Part shown: positions 43,177 to 53,172 of the stretch, piece after piece | Numbering within the stretch: the first letter of the stretch is position 1 | How the letters are laid out: each line of letters opens with the position of its first letter | Assembly: GCA_030066795.1 (NCBI GenBank) | Contig: JASJAW010000017.1 | Location: 22,959-86,958, forward strand | Source: Dinoroseobacter sp. | GTDB lineage: Bacteria; Pseudomonadota; Alphaproteobacteria; Rhodobacterales; Rhodobacteraceae | Direction: 5' to 3' | DNA: 64,000 bases | Program-made: the position numbers and the translations under genes | Notes under the pieces: generated by a model | Told to the model about the DNA's origin: nothing | The model's database searches: none | What the model saw: the letters and a program-made list of their open reading frames with translations, nothing else

Positions 43177-43659
43177 TCAGCCGTGCTGCTTCAAAAGCCG
43201 TTGCTTTTGGCGGTTCCAATCGCGCTTGGCATCCGTCGCGCGCTTGTCGGCCAGTTTTTTGCCCTTGGCGATCCCGACTTTCATCTTCACCAGCCCGCGA
43301 TGATTGAAGTACATGACCAGCGGGACAATGGTCATCCCCTGCCTTTGTGTCGCATTCCACATCCGGGCAATCTCGCGCTTGGAGGCCAGCAGTTTGCGGC
43401 GGCGGCGCTCTTCATGCTTCCATGTCTTGGCCTGTTCGTAAGGCGCCACATAGCTGTTTACCAGCCACAACTCGCCCTCGTCGACTTCAGCGTAGCTTTC
43501 TGCTATCTGCGCACCGCCTGCGCGCAAAGATTTCACCTCAGACCCCATAAGCTGGATGCCGACCTCAAGGTCGTCCTCGATCGCATACTCGCGCCGTGCC
43601 CGCCGGTTCTCGGCGATCACTTTGTAATTCTTCTCCTCGGGTGTCTGCTGCTTGGCCAT
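43177..43659 (-). CDS. smpB: SsrA-binding protein
   Basis: [36 protein letters not shown]. Confidence 0.96.
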   Translation of the reverse strand: MAKQQTPEEKNYKVIAENRRARREYAIEDDLEVGIQLMGSEVKSLRAGGAQIAESYAEVDEGELWLVNSYVAPYEQAKTWKHEERRRRKLLASKREIARMWNATQRQGMTIVPLVMYFNHRGLVKMKVGIAKGKKLADKRATDAKRDWNRQKQRLLKQHG

Positions 43660-43710
43660 GGCGGTCACATATCGGCGTGCGGCTGCGAGTCTGCAAGCCC
43701 CTAAGCCGTG

Positions 43711-44190
43711 TCAGTCCGCGTCCGGAGGAATATCTACGGTTTCAAGCCACGGTTTCAGGTCGACCAGCGGCGTGCCATCAAAGACGTCAATTGCGTCGAT
43801 GCCAATGTGCCCAGTGGATGCATCCAGCGACGTGATACGTACAGTGCACATCGCGATGGGGTTAGGACGCGCAGGCGAGCGCAGTGCAAACACACCGCGG
43901 GGCCCGTCTGCATGACGCGGGCGTTGCAGAATGATGTTCCGGTGTGATTGGTCCATCCAGTAAAGCAAGACCACAGCCTGTCCGACCGACAGGCCTTCAA
44001 GGCCGATCTCGAAACCGTCCCCGAGCTCAATATGAGCTCCTTTTCCAGTTTCCCGCGCGCGCCCAATGTTCTTTGGGCAATTATCCTTGGTCCAGGGAGA
44101 ACGGATCGTTCCGATGAAATGCACGTGCGCATCCGCCCGTTCGCTAGGATCGAACGGTAACAAGACTTCTCCGGGGCGCGGATCACCCAT
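43711..44190 (-). CDS. TrmO/TsaA (YaeB)-like SAM-binding protein
   Basis: IG.IRSPW, LYWMD, GVFALRSP.RPNPI, D.FDGTPLVDLKP; ATG 44190 has AAGGA SD. Confidence 0.85.
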   Translation of the reverse strand: MGDPRPGEVLLPFDPSERADAHVHFIGTIRSPWTKDNCPKNIGRARETGKGAHIELGDGFEIGLEGLSVGQAVVLLYWMDQSHRNIILQRPRHADGPRGVFALRSPARPNPIAMCTVRITSLDASTGHIGIDAIDVFDGTPLVDLKPWLETVDIPPDAD

Positions 44191-44632
44191 ATGCATGATC
44201 CTTCTGTCCTGCATCGAAGCGCATCATCACCATTTCCTCGTCAAGATCCGGGTCGCGTCGACGCGCCACTTCACGAAAGCCGTATTGTTGGTAGAACCGT
44301 CGTGCGCCGCAATTCGGGGCTGTAACCTCCACCCTGAGAGGGGCCTGATCCCGCACATGGTCCAGAAGCGCGCGGCCAATACCGCGCGCTTGAAACTGCG
44401 GGTCAACAAATAGCCCGGCTATTTCGCCAGAGGCCCGCAAGGCAATGAAGCCAAGTGTATGGTCCGCGTGCGCCACCCAGATACGACACGCAGGCAAATA
44501 AGTGCTTCGCACGCGAGCGCGCTCCGCCTCGAGCCGGACCTGTCCGAGAAATTGATGGTTGTTCCAAACTGCGCGCTCCCAGAGAGCCGTCAATTCGCCG
44601 AAGTCGCTTGGTGTCGCGCGCCGGATTTGCAT
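44183..44632 (-). CDS. GNAT family acetyltransferase (YjaB-like)
   Basis: GLFVDPQFQARGIGRALL, N..ARRFYQQYGF. Confidence 0.85.
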   Translation of the reverse strand: MQIRRATPSDFGELTALWERAVWNNHQFLGQVRLEAERARVRSTYLPACRIWVAHADHTLGFIALRASGEIAGLFVDPQFQARGIGRALLDHVRDQAPLRVEVTAPNCGARRFYQQYGFREVARRRDPDLDEEMVMMRFDAGQKDHAYG

Positions 44633-44633
44633 C

Positions 44634-45509
44634 TCAGGACAGAAGTTCGGCGCGGATCATGGCATCACGGATCGCTCCTTTGACCCCGTCCGTCAAACCA
44701 ACCAGTGGTGAGCGCACTTCCGTGCCGCAACGGTCAAGCAGGCTCAGTGCGTACTTCGCGCCAACGAGGCCGGGTTCGAGGAAGATCGCCGTATGCAGCG
44801 GCATAAGCTTGTCTTGTAGCGTCAGAGCGGAGGCATAATCTCCGGCAAGTGTTGCCTGCTGGAACTGGGCGCACAGCTTCGGAGCGACATTCGCTGTGAC
44901 CGAGATACATCCCACACCGCCATGCGCATTAAAGCCCAGGGCCGAGGCATCCTCGCCGGAAAGCTGAATGAAACCGGAACCGCAGGCGGCGCGGGTATGT
45001 GACACGCGCGTGATATCGCCTGTCGCGTCCTTGACGCCGACAATGGTTGGCAGCTTGGCGAGCTCCGCCATCGTCTCGGGCACCATGTCCACTACCGAAC
45101 GGCCGGGTATATTGTAGATGATGATTGGCAGGTCCGTCGCCTGCGCCAGCGTCGTGTAATGCGCAATCATCCCGGCCTGCGTCGGTTTGTTATAGTAAGG
45201 CGTCACGACAAGTGCACCGGCCGCGCCAACGCTCGCCGCATGTTCGAGGAAGCGGACCGCTTCAACGGTGTTGTTTGATCCCGCACCAGCTACGACAGGC
45301 ACACGTCCCGCCGCAACCTCGACCACCTTGGCAACGACCGCTTCGTGCTCTTCGTGACTCAGTGTCGGGCTTTCGCCGGTAGTGCCTACGGGCACCAGTC
45401 CGTGCGAGCCCTCGGAGATCTGCCACTCGACTAAAGCTTCGAGCGTCTTGAAGTCCACGGCACCGTCTTTCATTGGCGTGACCAGTGCTGGCATCGACCC
45501 TTTGAACAT
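44634..45509 (-). CDS. dapA: 4-hydroxy-tetrahydrodipicolinate synthase
   Basis: [39 protein letters not shown]. Confidence 0.96.
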   Translation of the reverse strand: MFKGSMPALVTPMKDGAVDFKTLEALVEWQISEGSHGLVPVGTTGESPTLSHEEHEAVVAKVVEVAAGRVPVVAGAGSNNTVEAVRFLEHAASVGAAGALVVTPYYNKPTQAGMIAHYTTLAQATDLPIIIYNIPGRSVVDMVPETMAELAKLPTIVGVKDATGDITRVSHTRAACGSGFIQLSGEDASALGFNAHGGVGCISVTANVAPKLCAQFQQATLAGDYASALTLQDKLMPLHTAIFLEPGLVGAKYALSLLDRCGTEVRSPLVGLTDGVKGAIRDAMIRAELLS

Positions 45510-45660
45510 GATGGCGCCTCCTGACAATCTCGTCGTGAACTTTTGATTTGCCTTCGGCGGATACTCTCTGCTTTGGGGGCAAGGCAAGAGGCCGTGCGAA
45601 GAAACCTTGCCGTGGGCGGTCGACACACCCTATTTGTAGGGCGCGCAGATAACAGGAGCA

Positions 45661-47601
45661 GTGCGCATGATCCCATTTGTAAAGGTCGTGATCCCGGCTT
45701 TGGTCGGTTTGGTAGTGTCGTCTTTGTCTTTGTCGGCAGGCCCATTGTCAGATGCGTTGCAGGCGGCACGCGGCGGTGATTGGACGCAAGCGCAACGCCT
45801 GTCGCTTCGGCTGCCCACCGAGCAACGCGATGTTGTCGCTTGGTCCAGTTTGCGCGCAGGCAAGGGGGAATGGTCATACTATCGGGATTTCTTAGCCCGT
45901 AATCCCGATTGGCCCGGGTTGCGTCTTTTGCGCCGGGCAGGTGAGGGAAGTATTCCGGATAACGCACTGGACCGGGATGTGCTTGCCTACTTTGCGGCGG
46001 AACCTCCGCAAACCGGAACCGGCTCGTTGCGGCTTGCAGCGGCGCTTCGGAATACGGGCAAACTCGCAGAGGCCAAGCAAGAAGTTGTGAGGGCATGGAA
46101 AACAATGCCCATGAGCGCAAACGAGTCGGCTGAGTTCTTGCGCCTCTACTGGAGCGACGTGACCCCCCACAATATTGATCGCCTCGACAGGCTGCTTTGG
46201 GATGGTCGTACAAGCGCCGCGCGTCGAATGTTTGATCTCGTGCCAGAGGGGTGGCAACGTTTGGCTGACGCTCGGATTGCGCTGCGCACAGCGGCTCCGG
46301 GCGTTGACGCGTTTATCGCGCGCATTCCGACCGAGCTGGCAGAGCACCCCGGGCTTGCCTATGAGCGGTTCGAATGGCGCGCCCGTAAGGGCCGGTTTGA
46401 AAGCGCGGCTGAGGTTTTGGCGGTGCGCTCTGTTTCGGCGGAGGCGCTTGGCGAACCTGAAAACTGGGCCAATCGGCGCCGGGGTCTTGCACGCGATTTC
46501 ATGCGGGACGACAAAGACCGTGCTGCCTATGAGTTGGCGTCAAAGCACTTTCTCACCGAAGGCCGTCATTACGCCGATCTGGAATGGTTGTCCGGCTTTC
46601 TTGCTCTGCGCAAACTGGACGACCCGGAAGCGGCGCTGGGCCATTTCCGCAGGTTTCGTGCAGCGGTATTCACACCGATTTCGCTGGCCCGCGCAGGATA
46701 CTGGGAAGGACGTGCGTTGGAAGCGCTAGGGCGCACTGAAGATGCACGCGCCGCTTACATGTTCGCGGCCGAATATCAGACCGCTTTTTATGGTCAGTTG
46801 GCTGCTGAGCGCGCCGGTCTGCCCACAGACCCAGCAGTGGTCGGAGAAGAAAACTATCCGGCCTGGAACACCACACCATATGCTTTCAGCAGTGTCTTCA
46901 TCGCCGGCGACGCACTGATGCGCGAAGGCGAACGTGATCTGGCCGAGCGCTTCTTTCGCCATCTGGCAGAACGTCTCACTGCTGAAGAGGTCGGCAGTCT
47001 TGCCCAATACGCACTCGATAATAACGAGCCGCACATCGCCTTGCGGTTGGCGAAATACGCGGCGTCTCGTGGGGAGGTGCTCCATCGACCCTATCACCCG
47101 ATTGCGGAGCTGGGCGCGGGCTTGCCTGTAAACCGGGCCCTGGCATTGGCCGTTGCGCGGCGTGAAAGCGAGTTCGACCCGGTGGTCATTTCGCCAGCGG
47201 GGGCACGTGGCATGATGCAGTTGATGCCGGGCACCGCGCGCGAAATGGCGCGTGTGCTGGGTGAGCCCTACAGTCTCGGGCGGCTTCTGACCGATCCGGC
47301 TCAGAATGCCCGCTTCGGATCGGCGTATCTGGACCGACTGATCGATGAATTCGGGGAGAACCTTACCCTTGTTGCCATTGGCTATAATGCGGGGCCGGGG
47401 CGTGCGCGGTCGTGGCCAGAGCGGTTTGGCAATCCGCGCGGCATGTCGGAAGACGAGATCGTTGACTGGATCGAACACATCCCATTCCGGGAAACCCGCA
47501 GCTATGTCATGCGGGTTGCGGAAAGCCGCGGCGTTTATGGAATGCGGTTGGCTGGGAAGGCAGAACCTTGGTCGGTGGTGGACCGTTTGACGGCACAGTA
47601 G
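45661..47601 (+). CDS. Soluble lytic transglycosylase (Slt70-like)
   Basis: Signal peptide, helical repeats, ARRESEF, GARGMMQLMP.TA, YNAGPG, IPFRETR.YV.RV. Confidence 0.92.
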   Translation: MRMIPFVKVVIPALVGLVVSSLSLSAGPLSDALQAARGGDWTQAQRLSLRLPTEQRDVVAWSSLRAGKGEWSYYRDFLARNPDWPGLRLLRRAGEGSIPDNALDRDVLAYFAAEPPQTGTGSLRLAAALRNTGKLAEAKQEVVRAWKTMPMSANESAEFLRLYWSDVTPHNIDRLDRLLWDGRTSAARRMFDLVPEGWQRLADARIALRTAAPGVDAFIARIPTELAEHPGLAYERFEWRARKGRFESAAEVLAVRSVSAEALGEPENWANRRRGLARDFMRDDKDRAAYELASKHFLTEGRHYADLEWLSGFLALRKLDDPEAALGHFRRFRAAVFTPISLARAGYWEGRALEALGRTEDARAAYMFAAEYQTAFYGQLAAERAGLPTDPAVVGEENYPAWNTTPYAFSSVFIAGDALMREGERDLAERFFRHLAERLTAEEVGSLAQYALDNNEPHIALRLAKYAASRGEVLHRPYHPIAELGAGLPVNRALALAVARRESEFDPVVISPAGARGMMQLMPGTAREMARVLGEPYSLGRLLTDPAQNARFGSAYLDRLIDEFGENLTLVAIGYNAGPGRARSWPERFGNPRGMSEDEIVDWIEHIPFRETRSYVMRVAESRGVYGMRLAGKAEPWSVVDRLTAQ

Positions 47602-47644
47602 TCTCTGTAAAGGTTTGCGATTTGGGATTTTCCTAAAAAGAAGG

Positions 47645-48517
47645 TCAAGGTTTCGCTTGTTGTCTTTCGCGCCATAGGGTGAACAGGCCTGCCGCGATGA
47701 CCAACACAGCGCCAAGAACGACATTGCTGCGCAATGTCTCGTCGAACACGGTCAGGCCCAAAATCGAGGCCCATACAAGTTGCAGATAGGCGAAAGGCTG
47801 GACAGCCGATGCCTCGGAGACGTCGTAACATTTGATCAGCAGCCAGTGCCCCAGCGCGCCCGACATGCAGAGCGCGCCCATCCAGATCCAGTCCTGTGGC
47901 GCCATCGGTTCCCAGAACCAGATGCCAACAACCGTAATGGCGAGCCCGCCAACCGCACCAGTCCAGAAAAAGCTCGTTGCCGCATTATCCCGCCGCGCCG
48001 CGTACCGGGTCAGCAAGCCATAAAGCGCAAAACAAAACGCCGCCGCGAGCGGGATGAGCGCCGACGGTTGAAATACGCCCGCACCCGGCTGCAATATGAT
48101 GAGCACCCCCACAAAACCGATACCGATGGCCACCCAGCGCCTCCATCCCACACGCTCGCCGAGCAGTGGTCCACTGAGCGCTGCGATCAGCAGCGGATAG
48201 CTGACAAAAACAGCGTGCGTTTCGACAAGTCCAAGGACCACAAAGGCGACCACCATGATGCAAATCTCGGTCACCAGAAGCAGCGCTCGCGTGATCTGCA
48301 CAAGCGGCTGAGAGGTCCGGGCGGCCGCGCGCAGTCCCCCCGGCCCACGGGCCGCGAGAGCCATAACAAAGGCGGCGAAGAACCAGTAGCGGATCATGAC
48401 CACCAAAAGGACATTGTAGGTCGCGCCAAGATGCCGCGATAAACCATCCTGAAGCGTGAATACGATGGTTGCTGCAACCATAAGCAGTATTCCGAGGCGC
48501 GTATTCTGATCGGTCAC
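47645..48517 (-). CDS. DMT/EamA family transporter
   Basis: 10 TM pattern, LGERVGWRRW.A..GF.GVLII..PG, QPFAYLQL. Confidence 0.88.
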   Translation of the reverse strand: MTDQNTRLGILLMVAATIVFTLQDGLSRHLGATYNVLLVVMIRYWFFAAFVMALAARGPGGLRAAARTSQPLVQITRALLLVTEICIMVVAFVVLGLVETHAVFVSYPLLIAALSGPLLGERVGWRRWVAIGIGFVGVLIILQPGAGVFQPSALIPLAAAFCFALYGLLTRYAARRDNAATSFFWTGAVGGLAITVVGIWFWEPMAPQDWIWMGALCMSGALGHWLLIKCYDVSEASAVQPFAYLQLVWASILGLTVFDETLRSNVVLGAVLVIAAGLFTLWRERQQAKP

Positions 48518-49191
48518 GTTAGTCTTCCGACACTCATGTGGCGTTTGCGCCCGAAGCCTGGAACACGGCGGACTTCAAAACCGGCTTCGGCGAGCGCCCT
48601 GCGCACATGACCTGCGGCTGTGTAGGTCGCAAACGTCCCATCGGGTGCTGTGTGTTCAGCGACTCCGCGCAAGAGGTCCGGGTGCCATAGCTCCGGGTTT
48701 TTGGCCGGGGAGAAGCCGTCGAGGCACCAGCTGTCAGCCTGTCGCGCCCAATTCGGCAGGGTCTCGCGCGCGTCCCCGGTGATCAGGGTGAACTCAAGAT
48801 CAGGGGCGGAGACCGCGGTGTTCCCTCCGGCCAGCGCGTGCAGAATGTCGTCGATTTCCTCGGTCACCTCCGGGAAGTGCTCCAGAGCCTTGTGCATATC
48901 CGACACAGGCATTGGGAAGGCTTCAAAGGTTGTAAACCGCAGCGGTGTGTCCAGCCCCGTTGTTCTGTAGGCGGCGCGCATCACAGCGAGTGTCAGGCCG
49001 GTCCCGAAACCCAGCTCTGCAACATGGTGAGGCTGGTGCAGCTTAAAGCGTTCAGGCAGGCCGTTTCCGCGCAGAAACACGTGGCGTGTCTCGGCCAGTC
49101 CGTCGGCCATCGAAAAATACGGATCATCAAAGCGGCGCGAAACGGGCACACCTTGATCCGTCCAATCGATATCCGCCTCTTGGCCTTCCAT
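48514..49191 (-). CDS. mnmD: tRNA mnm5s2U34 methyltransferase (stand-alone MnmC methyltransferase module)
   Basis: FDDPYFS..DGLAETRHVFL.GN, AELGFGTGL, GDA, LDGFSPAKNPELW, TYTAAG.VRR.L, GFGRKRHM. Confidence 0.9.
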   Translation of the reverse strand: MEGQEADIDWTDQGVPVSRRFDDPYFSMADGLAETRHVFLRGNGLPERFKLHQPHHVAELGFGTGLTLAVMRAAYRTTGLDTPLRFTTFEAFPMPVSDMHKALEHFPEVTEEIDDILHALAGGNTAVSAPDLEFTLITGDARETLPNWARQADSWCLDGFSPAKNPELWHPDLLRGVAEHTAPDGTFATYTAAGHVRRALAEAGFEVRRVPGFGRKRHMSVGRLT

Positions 49192-49250
49192 CCGGTTCCG
49201 TCCTAAGTCTCCGCAACAAGCGGGCGCGAGCATGGGCAAGGAGGCCGGGA

Positions 49251-50309
49251 TTGGCAATCGCAGATGTCACTGTTCTTGGCGCGGGAATTTTCGGATTGTC
49301 CGTGGCATGGGCCTGCACTTTGCGCGGCGCGAAAGTGCGTGTCATCGACCCGAGCGGGGTTGGAGCGGGCGCATCGGGTGGTGTTGTCGGCGCATTGGCG
49401 CCCCACACACCCGAGAACTGGAACGCAAAGAAGCAGCTTCAGTTCGATAGTCTGCTCCTTGCGGAAAGCTGGTGGGAGCAAATCGCGACCGAAACCGGGC
49501 TTGATCCGGGCTACGCACGCCTTGGGCGCCTGCAGGCGATCCCCGATAAGCGCGCTCTTGAATTGGCGCAGGCCCGCGCAGCAGGAGCGCAGACCTATTG
49601 GCAGGGCCGCGCACGGTGGTCAGTGGTTCCGGACACGGGATTTGAGGGGTGGCTCGCGCCGACAGAAACCGGTTTTGCTATTCACGACACGCTTTCGGCG
49701 CGCCTGCATCCGCGCAAAGCGTGCGTTGCGATGGCAGCGGCGATTGAGTCGCGCGGTGGATCAGTCGCGACAGAGGGCAAAAAGGAAGGGAAGATTGTTG
49801 AGGCGACTGGGGTGGCCGGTTTGCAGGAGTTGTCTGCGGCCCTCAATGCAAGTGTTGGCAATGGCGTAAAGGGGCAGGGTGCTTTGTTGGCGTACGACGC
49901 CCGGCGTTTTCCGCAGCTTTTCCTCGACGGCTTGCACATTGTGCCTCACACGGACGGGACAGTGGCGGTCGGATCAACCTCCGAGCGGGCGTATTCGGAT
50001 CCGCAGTCCACAGATAGCCAGCTTGACGAGATCGTGGCGAGGGCGCGTGCGCTTGTTCCGGCTTTGGCTGATGCAAAAATCCTCGACCGTTGGGCCGGGG
50101 AGCGCCCAAGGGCGCGCAGCCGGGCGCCAATGCTCGGTTGCCACCCATTGCGGCCGGACCGGTTTGTTGCAAATGGCGGGTTCAAGATCGGGTTCGGCAT
50201 AGCGCCTGCCGCTGCGGAGATGATCGCTGATCTTGTGCTGGACGGCGAAGATCGTATCCCGGACGCCTTCCGACCGGAGGCAAGCCTGCCCAAGGGCGCA
50301 CAGGAATGA
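49251..50309 (+). CDS. FAD-dependent oxidoreductase (DAO/ThiO/MnmC-oxidase-like)
   Basis: VLGAGIFG, GASGG..G, VKGQ, GGFKIGF; TTG start with AAGGAGG SD. Confidence 0.85.
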   Translation: MAIADVTVLGAGIFGLSVAWACTLRGAKVRVIDPSGVGAGASGGVVGALAPHTPENWNAKKQLQFDSLLLAESWWEQIATETGLDPGYARLGRLQAIPDKRALELAQARAAGAQTYWQGRARWSVVPDTGFEGWLAPTETGFAIHDTLSARLHPRKACVAMAAAIESRGGSVATEGKKEGKIVEATGVAGLQELSAALNASVGNGVKGQGALLAYDARRFPQLFLDGLHIVPHTDGTVAVGSTSERAYSDPQSTDSQLDEIVARARALVPALADAKILDRWAGERPRARSRAPMLGCHPLRPDRFVANGGFKIGFGIAPAAAEMIADLVLDGEDRIPDAFRPEASLPKGAQE

Positions 50310-51034
50310 TTTTGGGCTTCGATGGCGTGGTTTTGGCTTTTGCCTTCGCCGCCGTTTTTGCCGGAACGCTTCTCCAAAGACTGGCTGGGCAGGGTTTTGG
50401 TATGCTGGCGGCCCCGCTCATTGCGCTCGTTGCCCCAGAGGTCTTGCCGGCAGCACTTTTGTATCTGGGAATCGCGGTTGGAGTCGGATCTGTCTCGGTT
50501 GATCCCAAGGCACTTGTTTTGAAGGAACTGCCGCCAGGTTTCGCTGGCAGAGCGCTTGGCGCTGTGCTTGCGGCGTGGCTTGCGGCGCGTCTGTCAGATC
50601 CTGAGGCGATCGCGGCCTTGGTTGCAGTTGTCGTCTATCTGGGGATCGCGCTTTCGGTCATCGGTGTCCGTGTGGCGATCACGCCCGTAAGCTTGTTTTC
50701 AGCAGGTACCGTTGCCGGTGTGATGGGAACACTTACAGCCGTTGGCGCGCCACCGATGGCATTGCTTTATCAGCATGAGACTCAGCGGCGGTCCACGGCG
50801 ATGCAGAACGCGTTTTTTTGCTGGGGGATGCTGGTCAGCGTGGCCGCTCTTGGCTGGGCAGGATTGCTTACGCAGCGCTCATTGATTTTTGCCTTGGCGC
50901 TGTTGCCAGCAGTGCCGCTGGCGCTTTGGTGCGCCCGCCCGTTGGCCACGCGGATCGTTAAGAAAACGATCCGACCATGGGCGCTCGGGTTGGCCGGCCT
51001 TGCAGCTACAATGCTGGTGATCAGGCTGCTTTAA
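50306..51034 (+). CDS. TauE/SafE (sulfite exporter) family membrane protein
   Basis: Q...GQGFGM..AP, G.MGT..AVGAPP.AL, multiple TM segments; ATGA overlap. Confidence 0.8.
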   Translation: MILGFDGVVLAFAFAAVFAGTLLQRLAGQGFGMLAAPLIALVAPEVLPAALLYLGIAVGVGSVSVDPKALVLKELPPGFAGRALGAVLAAWLAARLSDPEAIAALVAVVVYLGIALSVIGVRVAITPVSLFSAGTVAGVMGTLTAVGAPPMALLYQHETQRRSTAMQNAFFCWGMLVSVAALGWAGLLTQRSLIFALALLPAVPLALWCARPLATRIVKKTIRPWALGLAGLAATMLVIRLL

Positions 51035-51581
51035 CGGCCGGCAGCCCGGAGGCGATACGCAGGTCTGACATCAGTTCGGTCAGCGCGGCCAGATTCATTT
51101 CGTTCTTCAGCGTGCCGTTTTCATCGAACTCCCGCGCAGCGCCCGCGACCAGTACGTCGGGTCCGGCTAGCACATGCGCCCGGAATGGCGTCATGGCCAG
51201 CCGCAGGGCATAATTTCCTCGAGCACCGCCAGTGCGACCCGCGGCGGCCCCGACGATTGCCACGGGTTTTCCAAGCCAGGGTTTCCCGTCGGTCCGGCTG
51301 ACCCAGTCGAGCGCGTTCTTCAACACGCCCGAAAAGCTCTGATTATACTCGGGGGAGGCAATTATCACGGCGTCTGCAGCTGCAATCTGGTCAGCAAGGG
51401 TTTGCACAGTGGTTGGGATTCCTTCGGCATCCTGAAGGTCGCCATCATAGAGCGGAAGTCGCAAGTCTGCCTCGATAAACTCGGATGGTCCGAACAATCG
51501 GGCGCCTTCATGCATCAGTTTCGAGTTGAGGGAGCTTTTGCGCAGTGATCCGGAAATCCCGAGAAGACGACCTTGGTTCAT
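51021..51581 (-). CDS. NADPH-dependent FMN reductase
   Basis: ISGSLRKSSLN, PLYDGD, ASPEYN.SFSGVLKNALDWVSR; GGAGG SD. Confidence 0.92.
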   Translation of the reverse strand: MNQGRLLGISGSLRKSSLNSKLMHEGARLFGPSEFIEADLRLPLYDGDLQDAEGIPTTVQTLADQIAAADAVIIASPEYNQSFSGVLKNALDWVSRTDGKPWLGKPVAIVGAAAGRTGGARGNYALRLAMTPFRAHVLAGPDVLVAGAAREFDENGTLKNEMNLAALTELMSDLRIASGLPAVKAA

Positions 51582-51954
51582 TGATACCTCCGTTTGGCTT
51601 TCGGATGGAAGTAGAGCGCTCCGGAAACCAAGGCAATCGCCCATTCTGAGCCAGCGCTTTGTGCACTCTTGCACAGTGTTATCGGTCGCCCGAGATGGGT
51701 CATTTTCGAGTTTGCGGAGATTTTGAGCTGCGCCGCGTACTGCGCGCTGCAGCTGTAATCGCTTCTTGGATAACGTGGCGGAGTGTCCGCTATAGCCCCG
51801 CCGCAAACAGGCGTTTCGAAAGTGCCAGCCATTGCCGTCTACGACTTAAGTATTAGCCTTTCGGGAAGGGAGGTATCACCGCCCTGCCACTTATGGGGTT
51901 TGGGCAAACGAAAACGAGCGGATCGACCGGCCGCCACCAAGAGCGAGCAGAGAT

Positions 51955-52425
51955 ATGACGGATGTTATGGCAGCGTTGATGCTGTGGATCACCGCGAATA
52001 CCGGTTACGATACCACTGGCATGCCAATGCCCGAGGTCATTGAGATGACCCGCCACGAATTGACGGCGGAGTACTACACGGACGCGCCCCACCTAATCCC
52101 GGCCAAGGGTGTCGATGACCGGATACAAGCGCTCTATTCCATCGAAGAAGGGCCGAGCGGTCGGGTTTACATCCTTGCAGCGGACCTCGTTCCGGGCGCA
52201 GATCTTGGCGTCGATCCTTATGAAAACCCGCTGTTCCGCGAGATGCTGTTGCACGAACTGATCCACCACGTGCAGCACGTCTCCGGCGAAGCGGACGCGT
52301 ATCTGTGCCCCGCGCAGGGCGAGGTCGAAGCCTATCGCTTCGGCGGCCTTTACCTGAAACAACACTATGTAGACGACCCTATGCCCAACAGGGCGTTCTG
52401 GACGCATATGTACTCCCGCTGCTGA
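51955..52425 (+). CDS. Hypothetical HEXXH protein (DUF6647-like)
   Basis: LLHELIHHVQ...C...EVEAY; stand-alone ORF. Confidence 0.65.
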   Translation: MTDVMAALMLWITANTGYDTTGMPMPEVIEMTRHELTAEYYTDAPHLIPAKGVDDRIQALYSIEEGPSGRVYILAADLVPGADLGVDPYENPLFREMLLHELIHHVQHVSGEADAYLCPAQGEVEAYRFGGLYLKQHYVDDPMPNRAFWTHMYSRC

Positions 52426-52464
52426 CCCGCTTGTGCAGGCCCACCGCTCCGCTAGGGTGGGCCT

Positions 52465-53172
52465 ATGAAACTACTGGGCCTTCTGGGCGGCATGTCTTCC
52501 GCCTCAACCGCGCTTTACTATGAGCGCCTGAACGCGGGTGCTCGGGCGCGTCTGGGCGGACTGCACGGGGCCAACTTGCTGATCCGGTCCGTGGATTTCG
52601 CACCGATTGCGCAGATGCAGGACGAGGGAAACTGGGCCGCCATGGGCGACCAACTTGCGGCGGAGGCCATTGCGCTTGAGCGCGCCGGGGCGGAAATGGT
52701 GCTTTTGGCCACCAACACAATGCACAAACTCGCGCCGCAGATCGGCGATGCGCTTTCCGTCCCGTTTCTGCATATCGGAGACGCAACCGCTAAGGCGATC
52801 CGCGCGTCAGGGTACAGCTCGCCAGGACTGATGGCGACGGCATTCACCATGGAGCAGACCTTTTATACAGACCGCCTGCGCGCGGCTGGGCTTGCGCCTG
52901 TGATCCCCGTAGCAGAGGACCGCCGTCTCGTGCATCGCATTATCTATGATGAGCTGTGCAAGGGCATAATTTCAGAGACAAGTCGTATCGCTTATGTCGA
53001 TGTTGCGCAGCACTTGAAAGCGGCTGGCGCGGATTGCTTGATACTTGGGTGTACGGAGGTGGGAATGCTGCTGTCGAATGAAAACGCGCCTCTGCAAGTC
53101 TTCGATACCACCCATATCCACTGCGACGCGGCGCTTGATTGGGCTTTGGTCCCAGCGCAGGTTCCCGCATGA
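52465..53172 (+). CDS. Aspartate/glutamate racemase family (YgeA/RacX type)
   Basis: GLLGGMS..ST..YY, ATNTMHK, P.LHI.DAT, IIYDELC.G, LILGCTE. Confidence 0.92.
   Translation: MKLLGLLGGMSSASTALYYERLNAGARARLGGLHGANLLIRSVDFAPIAQMQDEGNWAAMGDQLAAEAIALERAGAEMVLLATNTMHKLAPQIGDALSVPFLHIGDATAKAIRASGYSSPGLMATAFTMEQTFYTDRLRAAGLAPVIPVAEDRRLVHRIIYDELCKGIISETSRIAYVDVAQHLKAAGADCLILGCTEVGMLLSNENAPLQVFDTTHIHCDAALDWALVPAQVPA

Noticed and set aside
43113-43710. tmRNA (ssrA) near smpB
   Set aside because: Flanking gaps are only about 50-80 nt and show no tRNA-like ends or tag reading frame
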